From Parcubacteria group bacterium (GTDB taxonomy: Bacteria > Patescibacteriota > Minisyncoccia > JACPHC01), in assembly GCA_016188775.1 (NCBI GenBank), contig JACPHC010000001.1, positions 45,519-109,518 on the forward strand: a stretch of DNA of 64,000 bases, read 5' to 3'. Shown here piece after piece: positions 1 to 9,188 of the stretch (positions within the stretch are counted from its first letter, which is position 1; each line of letters starts with the position of its first letter). Under the pieces are notes generated by a model. The model was not told the DNA's origin. It saw only the letters and a program-made list of their open reading frames with translations, and did not search any database. Made by a program: the position numbers and the translations under genes.

Positions 1-1
1 A

Positions 2-190
2 ATGCGGGAAAAAGGCGGCGTTAAAAAAATAAAAGGCGGAGAAAAAGATTGCCCTCATCTTTGGGACGATCTTAAAGGAGAGCTGGAAATTCAACTTTTA
101 TCTGATTTCCAAGAAGACATTAAAGCTTTTTTAGCCGCTAAAGCGCTTTGGGAATGGGAAAATTCTTATTGGTTGAAACAAATTATTTGA
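2..190 (+). CDS. 3' end of a hypothetical protein (probably truncated by the window edge)
   Basis: Open frame from the window start to TGA at 188-190; no recognised motif. Confidence 0.35.
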   Translation: MREKGGVKKIKGGEKDCPHLWDDLKGELEIQLLSDFQEDIKAFLAAKALWEWENSYWLKQII

Positions 191-338
191 TTTTTTCAAT
201 TGTTATAGGTTCTGTTGGCGGATTGGGCGCGGTTAATCGGCCCAATCCAAAACTGGCAAGAGCGATTAAAATAATACCGGCCAAAAGAATTAAATCATCT
301 TTATTGCTCTTGAAAAGATTTATTAATTTTGTTAGCAT
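183..338 (-). CDS. small membrane-anchored hypothetical protein (51 aa, below the ORF-track cutoff)
   Basis: Manual translation MLTKLINLFKSNKDDLILLAGIILIALASFGLGRLTAPNPPTEPITIEKIK; one hydrophobic helix followed by FGLGRL; divergent from rpmA. Confidence 0.45.
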   Translation of the reverse strand: MLTKLINLFKSNKDDLILLAGIILIALASFGLGRLTAPNPPTEPITIEKIK

Positions 339-360
339 AATTTTAGATATATTTTCTAGT

Positions 361-456
361 TAAATAAATATCTTAAAAATTTTTTGAGGTCGAGGCACTT
401 TAATGAAATTATATAATCCGCCGAGGGTACCTAAAAATTTTTAAGATATTTATTTA
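361..456. repeat. intergenic inverted repeat with 24-bp perfect arms
   Basis: taaataaatatcttaaaaattttt at 361-384 and its reverse complement at 433-456. Confidence 0.85.
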
Positions 457-518
457 GATATTTTTATCATTAATTTATTATAAAAATAAATAAAATTAAT
501 TTGTAAATTTCAATAGTT

Positions 519-797
519 ATGGCAAAGACTAAACAAGGAGGTTCAACCAGTCTCGGACGGGATTCAGTTTCAAAACGATTAGGCGTTAAACTTTTTGACG
601 GTCAGATCGCTAACGCCGGCGCTGTTATTATTCGCCAACGCGGCACTAAATATATGGCTGGCGTCAATGTCAGGCGCGGCGAAGACGATACTTTATACGC
701 CGTTCGAGCGGGTCGGATTCGTTTTGAAAAAAAATGGCGCAAACGTTTTGACAATAAAAGTCGTCAAGTCTCTTTTGTGAGTATCATTCCGGAATAA
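519..797 (+). CDS. rpmA: 50S ribosomal protein L27
   Basis: [24 protein letters not shown]...IIRQRGTK...GEDDTLYA matches the L27 signature. Confidence 0.97.
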   Translation: MAKTKQGGSTSLGRDSVSKRLGVKLFDGQIANAGAVIIRQRGTKYMAGVNVRRGEDDTLYAVRAGRIRFEKKWRKRFDNKSRQVSFVSIIPE

Positions 798-1227
798 CCG
801 AAATAATAATTTCGGCTTCCAATCCGTGATCAAATCTAATCGCGACGGAAAATTCTCCGATTTCTTTAATCGGAGAATTTAATTTAATTTGCTTCGAATC
901 AATTTTAATTCCGTCTTTTTCCAGAATTTCCGCTATTTTTTCTTTGGAAATTGAGCCGTAAATTTTATCGTCTTTAGTAATTTTCGCGGGAATAACTATC
1001 TCTCGGCCATCGATTTTTTCCGCCAAAATTTCTATTTTTTTAAGTTCATTTTCAGCTTTTGTTTCTTCGTTTTTTTTAATCGTCTCTATTTTAGCGACGG
1101 CGTCTGAATTAGCCGGTTTTGCCAATTCTTGCGGAATAAGAAAATTTTGAGCGTAACCGTCGGCCACTTTTTTAATGTCGTATTTTTTACCGAGATTTTT
1201 TATGTCTTTAAGCAATATAACTTGCAT
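784..1227 (-). CDS. rplI: 50S ribosomal protein L9
   Basis: [15 protein letters not shown]...[23 protein letters not shown]. Confidence 0.97.
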   Translation of the reverse strand: MQVILLKDIKNLGKKYDIKKVADGYAQNFLIPQELAKPANSDAVAKIETIKKNEETKAENELKKIEILAEKIDGREIVIPAKITKDDKIYGSISKEKIAEILEKDGIKIDSKQIKLNSPIKEIGEFSVAIRFDHGLEAEIIISVIPE

Positions 1228-1228
1228 A

Positions 1229-1371
1229 CCCAGTAAGACAACTTCGAAAAGTTGCTTTTGTTTAATTTAATAATAAATTTCTTTTTATAATTAATCATCT
1301 TTATTTATTATGCCCTCTCTTTTTAATTTAGCGCAACTTGGAAATTAAACATTCGAAGTTGCTCTACTGGG
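1229..1371. repeat. imperfect inverted-repeat element abutting the rplI start codon
   Basis: cccagtaagacaacttcgaa (1229-1248) versus ttcgaagttgctctactggg (1352-1371). Confidence 0.7.
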
Positions 1372-1379
1372 CATAATTT

Positions 1380-2594
1380 TTATAACGACTTAAGTATTTC
1401 TTTGGCTTTATCAAGTTGCGGATCTTTATCTTGTTCAATATCTTCGGCTTTTCTTTCAATTTTAATATCCGGTTCGAGTCCGTCGTCCATTATTGAACGC
1501 CCCGACGGAGTCAACCAGCGGGCAATAGTTATTTTTAAAGTTGCCCCCTCTTTGGAAAGATTATCAATTTCTTGCACCGAACCTTTTCCGAAACTTTTTT
1601 CTCCGATTAATTTTATGCCGTTTATGTCGCGAAGAGCGCCGGCTAAAATTTCAGAGGCCGAAGCCGTGCCTTGATTTATTAAAACAATCATAGGTGTTTT
1701 TTGAAGTTTTGCCGGGCCTCTTGAATGAAGCGATTGGGTATTTTTTCCGCCAAAATCTTCGGTCACCACTGTTTTTCCTCTTTCAATAAACCAACCGGCT
1801 ATACCCACCGACGTTTCTAAAAACCCGCCCGGATTATTTCTTAAATCAAGAATGATTTTATCGGATCCGGAAGAAATGAATTCGCCAATCGCCTTGTTAA
1901 ATTCCGAGGAAGCGTTGGCGGAAAAATTATAAAGAGCTATATAAAATAGGCCATTTTCCAGCTTTTCAAATTTAATCACCGGAATTTTAATATTATCTCT
2001 TGTAATTTTATATTCTTTAGTCTCGTGATCTTTTCGTGCGATTAAAAGATTTACTTCCGTTCCTCGTTCGCCTCGAATTCTAGAAACCGCCTCATCAAGG
2101 GCCATATCGATCGTGTCTTCGTTGTTGATTTTTAAAATTTTATCCCCGGCTAAAAGGCCCGCTTTTTCCGCCGGAGTGTCCTTTAAGGGCGTAATAATCA
2201 ATAAAGAGCCTTTGCGAATGCCGATTTCGGCTCCAATGCCGGAAAAGCTCCCCTGAACGTCGTCTTGAAATCGTTTTGATTCTTTCGGCGTCATAAAAAC
2301 CGTGTAAGGGTCGTCCAGGGATTTTATCAGTCCGGCGATTGCTCCCTCAACCATCTTATCGCGATTTAAATCCTCTCTTTTTATATGTTTTTCTTCCAAT
2401 TTTTGCCAAACTTCCCAAAAAAGTCCAAAATCAACATTAGTCGGTTTTCCCGATTCTTTATTTTCTACAATTAAAACCCGTTCTTTTGGTTTTTCTTGTT
2501 TTAGATCGTTATAATAAATGCCCGCCTTAAACGATCCGATTATTAGAAAAATTGTTATTAAAAAAAATAGAAAATTTTTGGCAAATTTTTTCAT
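1380..2594 (-). CDS. ctpA: S41 family carboxyl-terminal processing protease (PDZ + S41)
   Basis: N-terminal TM; LDDPYT, FSGIG (PDZ), LDLRNNPGG, TASASEI, SFGKGSVQ. Confidence 0.93.
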   Translation of the reverse strand: MKKFAKNFLFFLITIFLIIGSFKAGIYYNDLKQEKPKERVLIVENKESGKPTNVDFGLFWEVWQKLEEKHIKREDLNRDKMVEGAIAGLIKSLDDPYTVFMTPKESKRFQDDVQGSFSGIGAEIGIRKGSLLIITPLKDTPAEKAGLLAGDKILKINNEDTIDMALDEAVSRIRGERGTEVNLLIARKDHETKEYKITRDNIKIPVIKFEKLENGLFYIALYNFSANASSEFNKAIGEFISSGSDKIILDLRNNPGGFLETSVGIAGWFIERGKTVVTEDFGGKNTQSLHSRGPAKLQKTPMIVLINQGTASASEILAGALRDINGIKLIGEKSFGKGSVQEIDNLSKEGATLKITIARWLTPSGRSIMDDGLEPDIKIERKAEDIEQDKDPQLDKAKEILKSL

Positions 2595-2685
2595 CGTTTT
2601 CCATATTTTCGCAAAAATTTCTCGTTAAGTCAATTAAAATTAGTATTTGAAATAAAACTAATTTTAAGGTATTCTAATTTAGTTA

Positions 2686-2846
2686 AGACCTTTTGTATAA
2701 TAATTTTCCGTTACGAAATTCTGTTTTTTCGAGCGAAAACAACGAAGAGCGAGGAAATGAATACAAAGTATTCATTGACGAGCGATGAATCGCGTGCAGT
2801 CGAAAAAGCAGAATTGCAGTAGAAAATATTATTACGCAAGAGGTCT
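2686..2846. repeat. long imperfect inverted-repeat intergenic element
   Basis: agaccttttgtataataattttcc...aattctgttttttcga pairs imperfectly with tcgaaaaagcagaatt...agaaaatattattacgcaagaggtct. Confidence 0.7.
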
Positions 2847-2856
2847 ATAGAATCAA

Positions 2857-3315
2857 ATGGCAAAAAAAACGCCCATCAGGCGTCAAGTAAAAAAATCAAG
2901 AAAAAAAGGGGGTGAAAATGAACTGACTTCGATTCAGGGCATAGTTCATTATTTTTTCAAACTTAAAGGCTGGGATTATGAAAAAAACAAAAAACATCTG
3001 GGTCCGGTTTTTCGAAGATATCTGCGGCCAGCCAAAGAACTTTTGAAGCTGACGAATAATAATTCAGAGAAAGCTAAACGATATTTGGATATCATCAAAA
3101 GATGGGCCGAGGCTACCGGCTTGGAATGGTCCTTAGAAACTGTTTTTAAACGTTGGTTTGACATTATTAACGAACGCCTGCCCCAAGAAAAAATAAAAAA
3201 ACCGTATTACCTGGAAAATCCAATGCGGAAAGGAATTGATCAAAAATGGCGGATTTTTGTGGATGGCGAATGGAAAATTTTTGCCGGCAAAGAATCGGAA
3301 ATTGAATGGAAATAA
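2857..3315 (+). CDS. hypothetical basic protein
   Basis: 152-aa ORF with ATG start, co-oriented with and 7 nt upstream of def; WSLETVFK motif. Confidence 0.7.
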   Translation: MAKKTPIRRQVKKSRKKGGENELTSIQGIVHYFFKLKGWDYEKNKKHLGPVFRRYLRPAKELLKLTNNNSEKAKRYLDIIKRWAEATGLEWSLETVFKRWFDIINERLPQEKIKKPYYLENPMRKGIDQKWRIFVDGEWKIFAGKESEIEWK

Positions 3316-3322
3316 AAAATTT

Positions 3323-3802
3323 ATGGTCAGAGAAATTTTAAAAGAGCCCAACCCCCTGCTTCGGAAAAAATCCGAGGCTGTTTTAGATGCCAGCAAAAAA
3401 GAAATTCAAGATTTAATTTCAGACATGAAAGAAACTATGAAAAAAGCCGAAGGAGTGGGACTGGCCGCGCCTCAAATCGGGATTAATTTAAGAGTGGCGG
3501 TTATGGAAGTCAATCAGCATTCCTACGTTATTATTAATCCGGAAATTAAAAAACTTTCCAATGAAAAAATAATATCCGAGGAAGGATGCCTTTCCGTGCC
3601 CGACATTTGGGGTTTGGTGGAGCGTTCAAAAAAAATTATCATTAAAGGACAAAATGAGAAAGGCGAATTTGTGAAAATTTACGGCTCCGGATTGCTCGCT
3701 CGGGTAATTCAGCACGAACTGGATCATTTAAACGGTATTTTATTTATTGATAAGACCGCCAAAATTTCAAAAATTCAAAAAAGAGAGGCGGTTGAATTAT
3801 GA
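3323..3802 (+). CDS. def: peptide deformylase (start moved to ATG 3323)
   Basis: GVGLAAPQIG, EGCLSVP and QHELDHLNG motifs. Confidence 0.96.
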   Translation: MVREILKEPNPLLRKKSEAVLDASKKEIQDLISDMKETMKKAEGVGLAAPQIGINLRVAVMEVNQHSYVIINPEIKKLSNEKIISEEGCLSVPDIWGLVERSKKIIIKGQNEKGEFVKIYGSGLLARVIQHELDHLNGILFIDKTAKISKIQKREAVEL

Positions 3803-4815
3803 ACCCCGTTAGAAATTTTGGTTATATGTTTAAAAATTATAAAAATAATATCACAAAACAGATTTCTAAGGGGGTGAAAATAATTTTTTTTGGAACATCG
3901 GAGTTTGCCGCGCCAATGCTTGAGACGCTTATAAAAAGCGAAAAATATTTGATTTCGGCGGTTACGGCGCCGGACAGTCCGGCTGGCCGCCAAAAAGTTA
4001 TCACTGCTTCGCCGATTAAAAGTCTGGCTCAAAAATTTAACCTCGATATTATTCAGGAGGAAAATATTAAAAATCCGAATTTTATTCAAAAAATAAAAGA
4101 TTTAAAACCGGATTTAATTGTAATTGTGGCTTTCGGAAAAATTATTCCTCAAGAAATTATCAATATCCCGCGATTTGGAGCGTTAAATATTCATCCCTCT
4201 CTTTTGCCGAAATATCGCGGCCCCTCCCCCATTCAAAATGCCATTTTAAACGGCGAGTCTAAAACAGGAGTGAGTTTTATGATGATTGATCAAGAAATGG
4301 ATCACGGGCCGATTCTGACTCAATTTGAAGCGTTGATAAATCATAATGATGATTATTTAAAATTAAGTTTCAAGTTAAGCGAATTGGCGAAAAATAAAAT
4401 TATTAATGTTCTTGAAGATTATTTAAACGGCCGAATTCAGCCTCAAAATCAAGATCACGAAAAAGCCACTTTTACCAAAATTTTAAAAAGAGAAGACGGT
4501 TTAATTGATTGGTCGCGTCGAGCAAATTTTATTGAACGGCAAATTCGCGCTTATGAGCCTTGGCCCGGCGTCTTTACTTTTTTTAAAAAAAATGATAAAA
4601 AAATTAGGTTAAAAATTTTGGAAACGAAGATACGCGAAGGAAACGGAGAAACTCCGGGTTTGGTTAATAAAACGGATAACGGGTTTGAAATAAAAACTGG
4701 AAAAGATTGGCTGATAATTTTAAAAGTTCAGCCGGAAAGTTCAAGAATTATGAGCGCTCAAGAGTTTCTTCGCGGTTATCCTAAAATAATCGGACAAAAT
4801 TTGACTAAAAATTAG
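3799..4815 (+). CDS. fmt: methionyl-tRNA formyltransferase (alternative in-frame start GTG 3874)
   Basis: IIFFGTSEFA, LNIHPSLLPKYRGPSPIQ, MDHGPI. Confidence 0.96.
   Translation: MNPVRNFGYMFKNYKNNITKQISKGVKIIFFGTSEFAAPMLETLIKSEKYLISAVTAPDSPAGRQKVITASPIKSLAQKFNLDIIQEENIKNPNFIQKIKDLKPDLIVIVAFGKIIPQEIINIPRFGALNIHPSLLPKYRGPSPIQNAILNGESKTGVSFMMIDQEMDHGPILTQFEALINHNDDYLKLSFKLSELAKNKIINVLEDYLNGRIQPQNQDHEKATFTKILKREDGLIDWSRRANFIERQIRAYEPWPGVFTFFKKNDKKIRLKILETKIREGNGETPGLVNKTDNGFEIKTGKDWLIILKVQPESSRIMSAQEFLRGYPKIIGQNLTKN
3804..3873. repeat. CCCCGTTAGA...TCTAA(C/G)GGG palindromic element at the 5' end of fmt
   Basis: ccccgttagaaat...atttctaagggg; related copies at 7952, 52077, 52932 and 57297. Confidence 0.8.
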
Positions 4816-4831
4816 TAATTATAAATTATTT

Positions 4832-5404
4832 ATGTTATCGCCTTCTGATTTAAAAATCGGAACTCTTTTTATTATAGACAACGAGCCCTATGAGGTTTTA
4901 GATTCGCGGCACGTTCTTTTGGGTCGAGGCCGAGGGCATTATGAAATCAGAATAAAAAATTTAAAAACCGGCGCTGTTTTCCAAAAAAGTTTTAGAACCG
5001 CTGATTCTTTTCCTGAAGCTGATATTAACTATCGCTCAATAAAATATCTCTATAATCATCGAAATGAATTTTGGTTTTCTGATCCAAATAAACCATCGGA
5101 ACGGTTTTTTTTATCGGAAGAAAAAATCGGCGATTTAAAAAAATTTTTAAAGACAAACGCGATGATTGAGGCGGTAATATTCAATAATGAAATTATTAAT
5201 ATTGATTTGCCGATTAAAATGGATTTTAAAGTCATTGAAGCTCCGCCGGGCGTTCGCGGGGACAGTTCCAAATCCGGCGCCAAAGTCGTTAAAATAGAAA
5301 CCGGCGCGGAAATTAACGCCCCGTTATTTATTGAAGAAGGCGATGTAATTAAGATAAACACTCAAAGCGGCCAGTACGTAGAACGAGTGGAAAAAAGAAA
5401 ATAA
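4832..5404 (+). CDS. efp: elongation factor P
   Basis: KIKNLKTG-like segment (RIKNLKTGA), PGVRGDS, ETGAEINAPLFIEEGDVIKINT, YVERV. Confidence 0.95.
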   Translation: MLSPSDLKIGTLFIIDNEPYEVLDSRHVLLGRGRGHYEIRIKNLKTGAVFQKSFRTADSFPEADINYRSIKYLYNHRNEFWFSDPNKPSERFFLSEEKIGDLKKFLKTNAMIEAVIFNNEIINIDLPIKMDFKVIEAPPGVRGDSSKSGAKVVKIETGAEINAPLFIEEGDVIKINTQSGQYVERVEKRK

Positions 5405-5428
5405 AAAAACAAGCCAAATTTAATTCCA

Positions 5429-5462
5429 TTTCCAATATACCAGTATACTGGTATATTGGAAA
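5429..5462. repeat. perfect 34-bp palindrome with no loop
   Basis: tttccaatataccagta|tactggtatattggaaa. Confidence 0.9.
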
Positions 5463-5468
5463 AAATAA

Positions 5469-5491
5469 AAACCCTCGTTGAAGAGGGCTTT
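5469..5491. terminator. probable bidirectional intrinsic terminator between convergent genes
   Basis: aaaccctc gttgaa gagggcttt hairpin flanked by A and T runs. Confidence 0.55.
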
Positions 5492-5511
5492 AGTTTATAA
5501 ACAAATCGCAA

Positions 5512-6720
5512 TTAAATTTTATCTAAAGCTTGATTGATGTCGTTTATAATATCTATCCAGCTTTCAAGGCCGATAGACAGCCTCACTGTTGTTTCGAGAA
5601 TGCCGAGATTTTTTTTACTTTCCTCATCAACGTATTGATGAGTGGTGGTTGCCGGATGAATGGCTAACGTTCTCGCGTCTCCGAGATTAGCCGCTTGATA
5701 AATTAATTCCAAACTATCAAGAAATTTTCTGGCTTGTTCTTCTTCGCCTTTGACATCAAAAGAAAAAAGAGCGCCGACCCCATTTTTCATTTGTTTTTGA
5801 GCGAGATCGTAATAAGGACTATCGGAAAAACCGGAAAAATTCACTCTCTCCACCTTTGGATGATTTTTAAGATGAGAAGCGATTTTTAAAGCGTTTTGAC
5901 AATGAGCTTTCATTCTCAACGGCAAGGTTTCTAAGCTCTTATTCAATTTAGCCGCGTTTTCCGGAGTCATGCTTGGCCTGGTTTCCCGGAAAATTCCCCG
6001 CCTTAATTCATCAATATGATATTTTTTACCTAAAATTATTCCGCCAAAAGCGGATCCGTTGCCGGAAATATATTTAGTCGCCGAATGAATCACGAAATCC
6101 GCTCCGTATTGAATCGGATTAAGCAACATTGGAGTAGCTAAAGTGCTGTCAACAATTAAAGGAATACGGCGATATTTTTGCCCTATTTTGGCTATATTTT
6201 TTAAAAGCAGAAAATCCACCAAATCCGAATTTGGATTGGTGGGGGTTTCAATAAAGAGAAATTTGGTTTTATAGTTAATACGAGCCAGCCATTCACCGGG
6301 ATTGTTGGGGTCTTCGACAAAATTAGCTTTAATGCCTTGTTTGGGCAAAAATTCGGAAAAAAGATGGAATGTTCCTCCGTACACTTTTTTGGAAGAGACG
6401 ATTTCATCACCTTCCTTGACTAAATATTTTGTCAGCAAAGAGATTGCCGCCATGCCCGTGGATGTGGCTAGACCAGCCTCGGCTTCTTCCAAAGCCGCCA
6501 TTTTTTCTTCAAAATAAGAAACGGAATCGTTAGTAATTGGACCGTAGATTAAACCCTCTTCTTCCGAAGCGAATAATCTTTCCGCCTCCAAACTGTTCTT
6601 AAACCAGAAAGCCGTTGATTCCTGAATTGGCGGTATTAAAGACCTTTCTTTTTCATTGGGCCGCCATAAACCTCTGACGGCTATAGTTTCTTTTTCAAAA
6701 CCGATTCTTTTCTTTTCCAT
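5512..6720 (-). CDS. PLP-dependent Cys/Met metabolism family enzyme (MetY/MetZ/methionine gamma-lyase-like)
   Basis: TGMAAI, VYGGT, ETPTNP, VDSTLATP, HSATKY (PLP lysine), ANLGDARTLAIHPATTTH, RLSIGLE. Confidence 0.9.
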   Translation of the reverse strand: MEKKRIGFEKETIAVRGLWRPNEKERSLIPPIQESTAFWFKNSLEAERLFASEEEGLIYGPITNDSVSYFEEKMAALEEAEAGLATSTGMAAISLLTKYLVKEGDEIVSSKKVYGGTFHLFSEFLPKQGIKANFVEDPNNPGEWLARINYKTKFLFIETPTNPNSDLVDFLLLKNIAKIGQKYRRIPLIVDSTLATPMLLNPIQYGADFVIHSATKYISGNGSAFGGIILGKKYHIDELRRGIFRETRPSMTPENAAKLNKSLETLPLRMKAHCQNALKIASHLKNHPKVERVNFSGFSDSPYYDLAQKQMKNGVGALFSFDVKGEEEQARKFLDSLELIYQAANLGDARTLAIHPATTTHQYVDEESKKNLGILETTVRLSIGLESWIDIINDINQALDKI

Positions 6721-6882
6721 CCTATCTCCTTTTTCTTTATAATTTTTATTGAATTTTTTTAATGCGCTTTTTAAAAAACTAATTAATTTCTACCATTTTT
6801 TTATTTTTAAGTCAAAAATGTACTTATTCACGCTATCGCTTAAATAAGTACATTAAATTCTGTATTTCTAATTTTAGATGTT

Positions 6883-7476
6883 TTATATCGGTGTCGCTTC
6901 CGGGCCTCGATTGCGAAGTTGTTTAATAAAATTAATAATCGCTTTTTCGTCGTAATTATCCAATTTTTGAAGCCGACCCCAAGAGACCAAAGCGATTTTT
7001 GAATCGTTTTGAGGCCGAAAAGTGAAAATTGTTTTCCAGGAATATTTTTTCTGGAGATTCTTTAATTTTTCCATTAAATCCTTATCCGTGTCGTCTTTGT
7101 AGCTAATCCAAACATAGCCGTGTTCAAGATTATGAAGAACTTGTTCGTCCGGCAGCATTGCTTCGTAAAAATCGGCTTGGGCCGGCGTTCCGTAATGCGG
7201 TCCGGAAGTCGGCGGATTGGAATTGTAGGGTTCGTGTTGATCTTTGAGATTAATATGATTTCTTCCCAATTGCGGAATTTCAACTCCAGGCAAATTTTTA
7301 TCCGATGTTTTAGCCCAACGCCAAATCCCCCATCCGACGGCTAAAATAATAGCCAAAATAAAAAATCGCTTGGCCAGTTTTTTGCTTTTTCGTTTCCTTT
7401 CCATCGTCTTTTTTTCTTTCTCTTTTTTTTCTCTTTCTGAATCTTTAAATTCTTTTTTTGATAAAATTTCACTCAT
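6883..7476 (-). CDS. DUF3105 family membrane-anchored protein (start uncertain: 7476 or 7404)
   Basis: TM followed by YNSNPPTSGPHY and VLHNLEHGYVWISY. Confidence 0.85.
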   Translation of the reverse strand: MSEILSKKEFKDSEREKKEKEKKTMERKRKSKKLAKRFFILAIILAVGWGIWRWAKTSDKNLPGVEIPQLGRNHINLKDQHEPYNSNPPTSGPHYGTPAQADFYEAMLPDEQVLHNLEHGYVWISYKDDTDKDLMEKLKNLQKKYSWKTIFTFRPQNDSKIALVSWGRLQKLDNYDEKAIINFIKQLRNRGPEATPI

Positions 7477-7597
7477 CCCATACGAAATAGGACGCGGACG
7501 CAAAAAGCATCTCGCGCTCTATTATTATTAATAATAACTTTTAATCTTTTTAGATCAAACATTTTTTTAATTAAGCGTTCGCGATTTCGTACGGGAT
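7475..7597. repeat. inverted-repeat element whose arm overlaps the DUF3105 ATG
   Basis: atcccatacgaaat (7475-7488) versus atttcgtacgggat (7584-7597). Confidence 0.65.
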
Positions 7598-7654
7598 ACA
7601 TGTAAAAAATTAGAATTTAGAATCGTAATTTGAGATTCAAAGCTTTAAAAAATA

Positions 7655-7951
7655 TTAGCCTAATATCCATTTTTTCAGTATATCGTAAGACACTTCGCCG
7701 CAAAGCCCTTCGTTGGTATTTTCATTGACAAAATTTGGCACGCCCAATCCCCCGCCGCAAGCCTCGGATACCGCGACTCCGTATTTTTCTTCCATCATTT
7801 TCGCGTTCGCTTCGGAATGCCAGACTTCGTATTTCTTAATTTCAATGCCCAATTCTTTTTCCAATTTTTCCACGATCGGCGCCATTCGAAGGCAATGCGG
7901 ACACTCTTTCCCGTAAAATTCAATGATTTTTATTTCTTTATTTTCCTTCAT
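7655..7951 (-). CDS. thioredoxin-family protein
   Basis: FYGKECPHC motif and the GVP cis-Pro loop. Confidence 0.88.
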   Translation of the reverse strand: MKENKEIKIIEFYGKECPHCLRMAPIVEKLEKELGIEIKKYEVWHSEANAKMMEEKYGVAVSEACGGGLGVPNFVNENTNEGLCGEVSYDILKKWILG

Positions 7952-8067
7952 CCCGTTAGAAGCAGATCGCGATCGAGATTGATCTGCAAAAATTATTTAT
8001 TTTTATAATTCTGTTATTAATTATATTGTTTATTTTATCCCGCGAAGCGATCGCGGCTTCTGACGGA
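7952..8067. repeat. CCCGTTAGA-family palindromic element (intergenic)
   Basis: cccgttagaagcagatcgc...gcgatcgcggcttctgacgga. Confidence 0.75.
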
Positions 8068-8069
8068 AT

Positions 8070-8303
8070 TTATTTGATTCCTAAAACCTCGGAAATTTGA
8101 GTCTGATTAAATCCGATAATAAATTTACCGTTGATATCAATAACCGGCACGCCCAGTTGACCCGATCTTTCAACCATTTCTTGTCTTTTTTGAATATCGG
8201 TGGCGACGTTATATTCTTCGTATTCAATATTTTTTTCTTTAAAAAAATCTTTCGCCAATTTGCAGTATTGACAAGTCGGAGTAGTATAAATTTTAACAGA
8301 CAT
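8070..8303 (-). CDS. glutaredoxin/NrdH-redoxin (YruB-like)
   Basis: YTTPTCQYC, SGQLGVPVI, IIGFN. Confidence 0.92.
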   Translation of the reverse strand: MSVKIYTTPTCQYCKLAKDFFKEKNIEYEEYNVATDIQKRQEMVERSGQLGVPVIDINGKFIIGFNQTQISEVLGIK

Positions 8304-8317
8304 TTTAAAAATTTTTA

Positions 8318-9097
8318 TTATTTATTATTGGCTTCGACCTTTTTCAAAGCGTCTTCAATGACCAGCGATATAGCGCTGAAAGGCACGGCCCCAACGATCT
8401 TTCTTCCGTTTATAAATGACGTTGGCGTGCCTTCAACTCCGGCCCTTGAGCCGTCTTGAAAATCATTTTCCACCTCGTCTTTATATTTTTTTGAATCCAA
8501 ACAGTCGTTAAATTGTCCGGTATTTAATTCTATTTCTCCGGCCCAATTTTTAATATCGGAAATTGAAAATTGTTGAGTGCTCGCGCCCAATTTATCTTGT
8601 TCTTTAAAAATTTTATCATGCATTTCCCAAAAATTTTCCTGATCTTTGGCGCAATCGGCCGCTTCAGCCGCCAAACGCGCGCCGGGATGAAGGCCATCAA
8701 GAGGAAAATCGCGATAGACGAATTTTAATTTCCCAGTTTCAATATATTGTTCTTTGATTTCAGGCAAATTTTCCCGCCAGAATTTCCGACAAAACGGACA
8801 TTGAAAATCGGAAAAATAAATTAGAGTGACCGGAGCGTTTTCATCTCCCAAAAACGAATCGTCATCGGCGCTGACTTGAATAATCGCGTTTTCGTTTGTT
8901 TTTGTTTCTGTCGGAAGCAAAGCCGCTTTTTCCGATTTTTTATCTCGATTGCTGTAAAAAACAGCTGACGCGATCAACAGGCCGGCAATGACAATCGCCG
9001 CCGGAATCGCGTATTTGCCTTGCTTGTCGTCATCCGTCGCGTTTATTTCAGAAACCGGCGAATTATTTTCCAAATTTTGATTTAATTCTTCCGTCAT
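8318..9097 (-). CDS. membrane-anchored DsbA/BdbD-like disulfide oxidoreductase
   Basis: TM; SDFQCPFC, YRDFPL, GVEGTPT. Confidence 0.92.
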   Translation of the reverse strand: MTEELNQNLENNSPVSEINATDDDKQGKYAIPAAIVIAGLLIASAVFYSNRDKKSEKAALLPTETKTNENAIIQVSADDDSFLGDENAPVTLIYFSDFQCPFCRKFWRENLPEIKEQYIETGKLKFVYRDFPLDGLHPGARLAAEAADCAKDQENFWEMHDKIFKEQDKLGASTQQFSISDIKNWAGEIELNTGQFNDCLDSKKYKDEVENDFQDGSRAGVEGTPTSFINGRKIVGAVPFSAISLVIEDALKKVEANNK

Positions 9098-9188
9098 AAT
9101 AGTTTTGTTTTATTCACTATGAAATTATGATATATCAAATTATTAAATTAATCAATGCGCGCTTTAATTTATATTAAATGACCAAATC

